Shown: positions 58,159-64,000 of the stretch, in pieces | How the letters are laid out: each line of letters begins with the position of its first letter | Numbering within the stretch: position 1 is the stretch's first letter | Assembly (NCBI GenBank): GCA_963662465.1 | Contig: OY759599.1 | Span: 192,001 to 256,000 of the forward strand | Direction: 5' to 3' | DNA length: 64,000 bases | Source: Desulfatiglandales bacterium | GTDB lineage: Bacteria; Desulfobacterota; DSM-4660; Desulfatiglandales; Desulfatiglandaceae | Position numbers and translations under genes: made by a program | The notes under the pieces: generated by a model | What the model was told of the DNA's origin: nothing | The model's database searches: none | What the model saw: only the letters and a program-made list of their open reading frames with translations

Positions 58159-59967
58159 ATGGAGACACTGACGCCTCAGATGATTCTGGTCATGATTATG
58201 ATCGGCATTGCTGTTTTTCTTTTTATCGTGGAATGGATTCGCGTGGATGTGGTGGCGATTCTCATGATGGTTTCTTTGCCCCTTCTCCACCTGGTTACAC
58301 CAAAAGAGGCTTTTCTCGGCTTGGGCAGCAACGCCGTAATCTCCATCATTGCGGTTATCATTATTGGGGCCGGATTGGACAAAACAGGCCTGATCAATCG
58401 ATTGGTGAGCCCCATCCTGCGGATCGCCGGAAACAGTAAATCCCGCGTTATCATCGCCATCTCCGTGACCGTGGCCGGCATTTCAAGCTTCATGCAGAAC
58501 ATCGGCGCTGCAGCCCTTTTTCTGCCTGCCATCCAGCGCATCAGCAAGAACATGAAGATCCCCTTGAGCCAGCTCCTCATGCCCATAGGGTTTTCGGCGA
58601 TCCTGGGCGGGACCATCACCCTGGTGGGCTGCAGCCCCCTGATCCTGTTGAATGATCTCCTGGAACCCTTTGGGTTGAAACCCTTCGGTCTCTTTGATGT
58701 GACCCCCATCGGTCTGGCCCTGGTGGCCAGCGGCATCGGCTGTTTCATTGTGCTGGGCCGGTTTATTCTTCCCAAAGGAAGCGCGGACGATGCCGAAGAA
58801 AAGCCCCAGAGTTCTCTTGAAAATACCTTGAAGGAAATAGGAGAGACCTACGAGATCCAGACCCAGGCTGATTTCACGGATTACAGGGAACCGGTGTTGG
58901 TGGACGACCTGAGAAGGCGTTATCTGGTCAATGTCCTGGCCATGACCGAGCCGCCCGATTTCAAGACCCTCTCTCCCACTGGAGATCAGGCGATACGCTC
59001 AGACGTTCATTTGCTGGTGTATGGCCGCAAAAAGGACGTCCTGCGCATGGTGGAAGAAGAAGAAATGCAGCTTAAGGGAGCTCCCGAAATCTTCAAGGGC
59101 GAAGCTGAAGAAGGCGCTTCCGGCACCGTCGAAGCTGTGGTGGCGCCCCGCTCTCCATTGGCGGGAAAAACCCTTCGCGAGATCAATCTGCGGGATCGAT
59201 TCCAGGTTGTTCCTTTGGCCGTATATCGGGGCGAGGAGACTTATCGGGCGGAAATCGGAGACATCGTCCTTTCCGTGGGGGACGCTGTCCTGATTCATGG
59301 TGAGTGGCAACGACTCCGGGTGTTGCAGCAGGAAAAGAGTCTCCTGTTTACGACCCCCATTGACGTGGAGTTGTTACGTCCCGAAAAGGCCATTTTCGCC
59401 GGCTTCTGGTTGGCCGTTGCCCTGTCCATGGTACTTATTTTCAAGATCCAGCTCTCCGTCAGTCTTATGACGGGCGCTCTGGGCATGGTGATCACCCGCG
59501 TCCTCTCCATTGATGAGGCCTACCAGTCCGTGGATTGGCGCACCATTTTCCTCCTGGCCGGGCTGATTCCCCTGGGAATTGCCACGGAAAAAACCGGCAC
59601 GGCGGCATGGATCGCCCATGCCATCTTACACACTATCGGGGATGTTCAACCCATTGTCCTTTTAACGGTTATCGGGTTGCTTTCCACCATCTTTACCCTG
59701 GTCATCTCCAACGTGGGCGCCACGGTTCTTCTGGTCCCCCTGGTGGTCAACATGGCCATTGCGGCCCACACAGACCCCAGAATGGCCGCTCTCGTCGTGG
59801 GGCTCGCCACCAGCAACTCGTTCATGCTGCCCACCCACCAGGTGAACGCCCTGTACATGGGTCCCGGGCGATATCGCAGTGTGGATTTTATGAAGGCCGG
59901 GGCGGTCATCAGTGTTGTCTTTATCGTGGTCATGATCGGCATGATCAAGCTTGTTTACGGTGTCTAA
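58159..59967 (+). CDS. SLC13/DASS family permease with TrkA-C domains
   Basis: SSFMQNIGAA, LGGTITLVGCSP, central soluble TrkA-C region, ISNVGA and PTHQVNAL. Confidence 0.9.
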   Translation: METLTPQMILVMIMIGIAVFLFIVEWIRVDVVAILMMVSLPLLHLVTPKEAFLGLGSNAVISIIAVIIIGAGLDKTGLINRLVSPILRIAGNSKSRVIIAISVTVAGISSFMQNIGAAALFLPAIQRISKNMKIPLSQLLMPIGFSAILGGTITLVGCSPLILLNDLLEPFGLKPFGLFDVTPIGLALVASGIGCFIVLGRFILPKGSADDAEEKPQSSLENTLKEIGETYEIQTQADFTDYREPVLVDDLRRRYLVNVLAMTEPPDFKTLSPTGDQAIRSDVHLLVYGRKKDVLRMVEEEEMQLKGAPEIFKGEAEEGASGTVEAVVAPRSPLAGKTLREINLRDRFQVVPLAVYRGEETYRAEIGDIVLSVGDAVLIHGEWQRLRVLQQEKSLLFTTPIDVELLRPEKAIFAGFWLAVALSMVLIFKIQLSVSLMTGALGMVITRVLSIDEAYQSVDWRTIFLLAGLIPLGIATEKTGTAAWIAHAILHTIGDVQPIVLLTVIGLLSTIFTLVISNVGATVLLVPLVVNMAIAAHTDPRMAALVVGLATSNSFMLPTHQVNALYMGPGRYRSVDFMKAGAVISVVFIVVMIGMIKLVYGV

Positions 59968-59991
59968 AAAAAAAGAGAAAGGAGGGAACTT

Positions 59992-60804
59992 ATGGCCATT
60001 ATCACTATTTCTCGCGGGTCTTACAGCAAGGGAAAAGAGGTTGCCGAGAGGGTCGCATCCCGTCTGGGATACAAGTGCATCAGCAGGGAGGTCCTCTTGG
60101 ATGCCAGCGAACACTTTCATATTCCTGAAATTAGATTGGTGCGGGCGATCCACGATGCGCCATCCATTCTGGAACGGTTTTCCCGCAGCCGACAGGCCTT
60201 TATCGCCTATATTCGGTCTGCGCTGGTCCAATATGTGAAAGAGGACAACGTGGTCTACCATGGGTTGGCCGGGCACCTCCTGCTCAAAGGTATTCCGCAT
60301 GTATTGAAAGTGCGGGTGATTGCCGATTTGGCCGACCGTGTCCAGGCCGAGATGGAACGGGAAAAAATTTCAAAAACGGAGGCACGAGCCCTCTTGTTAA
60401 AGGACGATGAGGAACGCCGCAAATGGACCCAAACTCTTTACGGGGCGGATCCCCGTGACAGTTCGCTGTACGACCTGGTGGTTCATATTCACAAACTCAC
60501 CATAGCGGATGCCGTGGACATCATTTGTGATACGGTCGTTAGAGAGCCTTTCAAGACCACTAAACAGGCTCAACAAAAGATAGAAGATTACGCAATGGCC
60601 TCGGAAATGAAAGCCGCCCTGTCCGATTCTTTTGACAATATTGGCGTCAAAAGCGAATATGGCAACATCCTGGTGTATGCCAAGGGAAACGATCACCATA
60701 TTCAAAGAATCAGAAAAAAGGCGAAAGAAGTCGCAAACAAGATGGAAGGGGTCAACGATCTGGAGGTTCACGCCGCCCAGAAATTGCCCCCGAAATCCGT
60801 GTAA
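59992..60804 (+). CDS. cytidylate kinase-like family protein with C-terminal BON-like domain
   Basis: ITISRGSYSKG, VYHGLAGH, LKVRVIA, DEERRKW and YDLV motifs. Confidence 0.8.
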   Translation: MAIITISRGSYSKGKEVAERVASRLGYKCISREVLLDASEHFHIPEIRLVRAIHDAPSILERFSRSRQAFIAYIRSALVQYVKEDNVVYHGLAGHLLLKGIPHVLKVRVIADLADRVQAEMEREKISKTEARALLLKDDEERRKWTQTLYGADPRDSSLYDLVVHIHKLTIADAVDIICDTVVREPFKTTKQAQQKIEDYAMASEMKAALSDSFDNIGVKSEYGNILVYAKGNDHHIQRIRKKAKEVANKMEGVNDLEVHAAQKLPPKSV

Positions 60805-60858
60805 TCATCCAAACGCCATGAAACCAGAGGACCATCTTTTTACAATGAGGATTCGATT

Positions 60859-61680
60859 ATGTCTATTATCCTGATTTCTTCAGATCGTTATGAGACCGGC
60901 CGTGCAATCGCACAGAAGGTGGCAAAAGCCACGGAGTATGCTTTCCTGGACCGAGAAATACTGGGTGATGCGGCCCGGGCATCCGACATCCCGGAGCCCA
61001 AAATCCTTAAGTCCCTGGAACCGTCCTCCTCCACCATAGGCTTTTCCGACAAGGTGAAAAACCGTGCTTTGGCAACCATCCAGGCAGCGGTTATGGCGCG
61101 TCTCTTGGACGACAATGTGGTTTGTCACGGCCTGGCGGCTCACCTCTACGTCCTGGGCGTTTCTCATGTACTCAAGATCCGGGTCCTTTCCAATGGAGAC
61201 GAATGGGCTTCCCAGATCGCCTCGGAAAGAAAGGTGGGGATAGAAAAGGCCAGGAAAATCCTTAAAAAGCAGGAGGCTGCCGGCAGACGCTGGTCCCTGG
61301 ACGTTTTCAGGCGGGACGAAACGGACCCCTCTGAATATGACATGGTCATCAGTCTGAGTCAGATCGAGCCTGATGAAGCGGTGAGGACAATTGCGGAGAC
61401 GGTTTCGTACCGAAAGTTCCAGCCCATGACCTATTCCATCAAATGTTTGAAGGACAAAGAGCTTTCCATTCGGGTAAGGTTGGCACTCATGGAAAAATAT
61501 TCGGATGTAAACGTAACGGCGGAAGGCGCCACGGTGGTGGTGCGTACCAAAGCGCTCAAAAGGGAAAAGCGAAAAAAGACGGAAAATATTCGGGCCTTGG
61601 CAGGTGAAATTCCAGGTGTGGGTTATGTAGAGGTCCATGTGGTCAGCAATGTTTTTCGGCAGGCCGCGGAAAGCGCCTGA
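60859..61680 (+). CDS. cytidylate kinase-like family protein, second paralog with degenerate P-loop
   Basis: ILISSDRYETG, VCHGLAAH, LKIRV and YDMVI motifs. Confidence 0.78.
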   Translation: MSIILISSDRYETGRAIAQKVAKATEYAFLDREILGDAARASDIPEPKILKSLEPSSSTIGFSDKVKNRALATIQAAVMARLLDDNVVCHGLAAHLYVLGVSHVLKIRVLSNGDEWASQIASERKVGIEKARKILKKQEAAGRRWSLDVFRRDETDPSEYDMVISLSQIEPDEAVRTIAETVSYRKFQPMTYSIKCLKDKELSIRVRLALMEKYSDVNVTAEGATVVVRTKALKREKRKKTENIRALAGEIPGVGYVEVHVVSNVFRQAAESA

Positions 61681-61779
61681 CGTCATCACGCGCCTATCCA
61701 AAACGAAACGGCTGTTTCGTCTCATACATCTTTGGTGAGGCGCCTGGGTGTTGGAACCCAACATATGAGGAGGTAAAAA

Positions 61780-62193
61780 ATGCCAGAGGGATTGGAAGTG
61801 CTGTTGTTGGATGATGAGCCCATTGTGGGGAAGAGGCTGAAACCAGCCCTGGCCAAAATCGGGTGTAACGTGGAGGTTTTTGAAGATCCGAGAAAGGCCT
61901 TGGAGCGAATCGATCAAAAAGAATTTGACATCGTGGTAACGGACATTCGAATGGACGAGGTCGATGGCTTGCAGGTGTTGCAACATGTGCGTAAGACATC
62001 CGAACGGACCAAAGTCATTATGATCACCGGCTATGCCATGATGGCCGTGGCCAGAGAGGCCATGGAAAAAGGCGCCTTTGATTTCATCGCCAAACCCTTC
62101 AAACCGGACGATTTACGGAAGGTCATCGCAAAGGCCGCCAAAGCATTGGGTTCTGATATTGAATTTGAAGTTTCAGGGGCCGACGTATCCTGA
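61780..62193 (+). CDS. single-domain response regulator
   Basis: LLDDE, TDIRMDEVDG, ITGY and KPF motifs; GGAGG RBS. Confidence 0.9.
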   Translation: MPEGLEVLLLDDEPIVGKRLKPALAKIGCNVEVFEDPRKALERIDQKEFDIVVTDIRMDEVDGLQVLQHVRKTSERTKVIMITGYAMMAVAREAMEKGAFDFIAKPFKPDDLRKVIAKAAKALGSDIEFEVSGADVS

Positions 62194-62232
62194 GTCAGGG
62201 GGTTACGGGGGTCGTCCATCACGGAGAGTCAC

Positions 62233-63804
62233 ATGCATCCCAAAAATGAAGCTGCTCAAGGCCACGCGGAGGGGACGGAGAAAGGGAAAAGCCTTGACGG
62301 TCGATATGATCGGATCAAGGCGGTAGAGCTTGCCAGAGAGGCCCTCATCTCTCGAAAACGGATCAGCCTTCGCTTGCAGATCTGCGCCAGTTTTTTCCTC
62401 GTTTTTCTTTTCGCGGTTGTAGCTGCCTTTGTACTCAGCAACGCCAACTCCAAAGTAGAAAAGAAGCTCCATTTCCTGGAAATCAGCAACGATTTTATTG
62501 TGGAAATCATTCAGGCAAGGCGGTTTGAGAAAAACTTCTTTCTTTATACCACCAACCTGAATGACGCCCTCGAAAATGTCTACCAGGCCAAGGCCATCTT
62601 TGATAAAAATACCGGGGAGCTGAAGCAGGTCCTTGGCCCGGACAGTTACGAGAAAATGGTATCCGGTCTCAATCATTACGGAGAGATTCTGGAGCATCTT
62701 CTGACGTCGGAAAAGAGCGGCCCCTCCGACAACAAGGGAAAAGCCATCAAAGAACAAATGGAGATGGAGGCCAGAAAGTCGGGACGAAAATTGGTTTCCC
62801 TGGCGCAGGACCTCATGGAACGGGAAAGGACCAGCCTGGGAAAGATGCTCGCCCGTTCCAGACAACTCCATTTTTATTCCCTTATTTTTCTCATGGTGTT
62901 TCTGGCTGCCAACGCTTATTTCCTGGGGAGCCGCATCCTGCGCGACGTCAGCCGCTTTTCCGCTTATGCTCGGCGCATTGCGTCGGGCAACTTTACCCCC
63001 ATTACCCCGGCCAGGCGTTATAAGGACGAGTTTACGGAACTGGCCCTGGCTATCAATCAGATGATTCAGGAACTCGAAAACCGGGCAGCGGTCCTGGTTC
63101 AATCCCATAAAATGAGGGCTGTGGGGACCCTGACCGCGGGAGTGGCCCATGAACTCAATAATCCCCTAAACAACATCACCCTCACGGCTCACATGCTTTT
63201 GGAGGACTATGAAGAATTGGACGAAAGCGAAAAAAAGGATATGATCAAGGATGTGGTCCAGGAGGCCGGCCGATCCAAAAAAATCATCAGCAACCTTCTG
63301 GACTTTGCCAGGGAGAGCAGTTCGGAATTGGAGCCGCTCGCGTTGGACGAACTCATTCAGGGCACCATCGCCCTGGCTTCCAACCAGGTCAAGCTTTCCG
63401 GGATCAAGATTCTGTTTCAATCGACCGGGAACCTGCCCCGAGTGCACGGCGACAGCCAGCAATTGCAGCAGGTCTTTCTGAACCTCATCTTAAACGCCAT
63501 CGACGCTTCTCCCAAGGGGAGCAAGATAGAAGTTCTGGTACTCCCCGCGGATGACCCCAAGTATGTGGCGGTGAAAGTCATTGATTTCGGAAGCGGTATT
63601 CCAGAGCATATCCTCCATTCCATTTTCGATCCCTTTTTCACCACCAAACCGAAGGGAAGCGGCACCGGTTTGGGACTGAGTGTATCTCAGGGGATCGTGG
63701 CCAAACACGGGGGTCAAATTCGTGCCGCCAGTCAGGAGGGAAAAGGCGCCACTTTCACGGTGACCCTGCCCATTACCACCATTCCCGCGCTGATCGATAA
63801 GTGA
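62233..63804 (+). CDS. membrane sensor histidine kinase (four-helix periplasmic domain, HAMP)
   Basis: Two TM helices, ARRFEKNFF, AHELNNPL and DPFFTTKPKGSGTGLG. Confidence 0.92.
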   Translation: MHPKNEAAQGHAEGTEKGKSLDGRYDRIKAVELAREALISRKRISLRLQICASFFLVFLFAVVAAFVLSNANSKVEKKLHFLEISNDFIVEIIQARRFEKNFFLYTTNLNDALENVYQAKAIFDKNTGELKQVLGPDSYEKMVSGLNHYGEILEHLLTSEKSGPSDNKGKAIKEQMEMEARKSGRKLVSLAQDLMERERTSLGKMLARSRQLHFYSLIFLMVFLAANAYFLGSRILRDVSRFSAYARRIASGNFTPITPARRYKDEFTELALAINQMIQELENRAAVLVQSHKMRAVGTLTAGVAHELNNPLNNITLTAHMLLEDYEELDESEKKDMIKDVVQEAGRSKKIISNLLDFARESSSELEPLALDELIQGTIALASNQVKLSGIKILFQSTGNLPRVHGDSQQLQQVFLNLILNAIDASPKGSKIEVLVLPADDPKYVAVKVIDFGSGIPEHILHSIFDPFFTTKPKGSGTGLGLSVSQGIVAKHGGQIRAASQEGKGATFTVTLPITTIPALIDK

Positions 63805-64000
63805 ACATCGCGTTCAGATCCCTGCTCTTTCCGTGGAACCATCAGGAAGGCTCTAAAAGTGGTCTTCAAACAATTTCCCGAATTGTTTTCGGAGCCAGTG
63901 TGCAGTTCCTGAAGGAATCTCATGCTTCTTTGTCGTTTCCATTGTAATTCGCTTGCTGAAAGAGAGGTCATTCTGTTCAAAAAAATCGGTTAATTGTTTC

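Noticed and set aside
60880..61986. 368-aa minus-strand ORF
   Set aside because: Antisense shadow of two well-supported plus-strand genes, with no recognisable motifs.
63805..64000. Possible gene at the right edge (63732-63980 -)
   Set aside because: It overlaps the kinase end and has no motif; there is too little sequence to call.

Overview
This is a 64 kb, densely coding chromosomal window. Gene content (Hdr/Mvh, TusA, DsrE, a CCG-domain protein, sigma-54 regulators, many hybrid kinases) points to an anaerobic Desulfobacterota bacterium; that taxonomy is an inference. In order it holds: a lipid A operon (fabZ-lpxA-lpxI-gnnA-like-lpxB-NtrX-like regulator); a 1.4 kb islet bounded by a 19-bp direct repeat (HEPN pair plus a kinase fragment); a long minus-strand run hdrA-mvhD-mvhG-mvhA-tusA-hybrid kinase-cls-small sulfite reductase; a double-cubane reductase/activator pair; lptD-folC-uvrD; a PilB-like ATPase coupled to a minimal chemosensory set; a decaying islet (internally deleted cvfB, and a PIN toxin broken by a 55-bp tandem duplication); cobA-hemD, serA-like, recQ, an acyl-CoA ligase, gnd-zwf and dsrE; and a sigma-54-driven USP/SLC13/cytidylate-kinase-like/two-component cassette. 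The best candidate for an undescribed system is the Mvh-type [NiFe] hydrogenase. It ends exactly at DPCLACATH with no cleavable tail, has no HdrBC beside it, and is co-encoded with TusA and a cytoplasmic histidine kinase, a layout suggesting a sensory role. Families of heptamer tandem and inverted repeats also recur, one of them inside lpxB. I saw no rRNA, tRNA, CRISPR array or transposase. All calls come from motif recognition by eye; no database searches were run.
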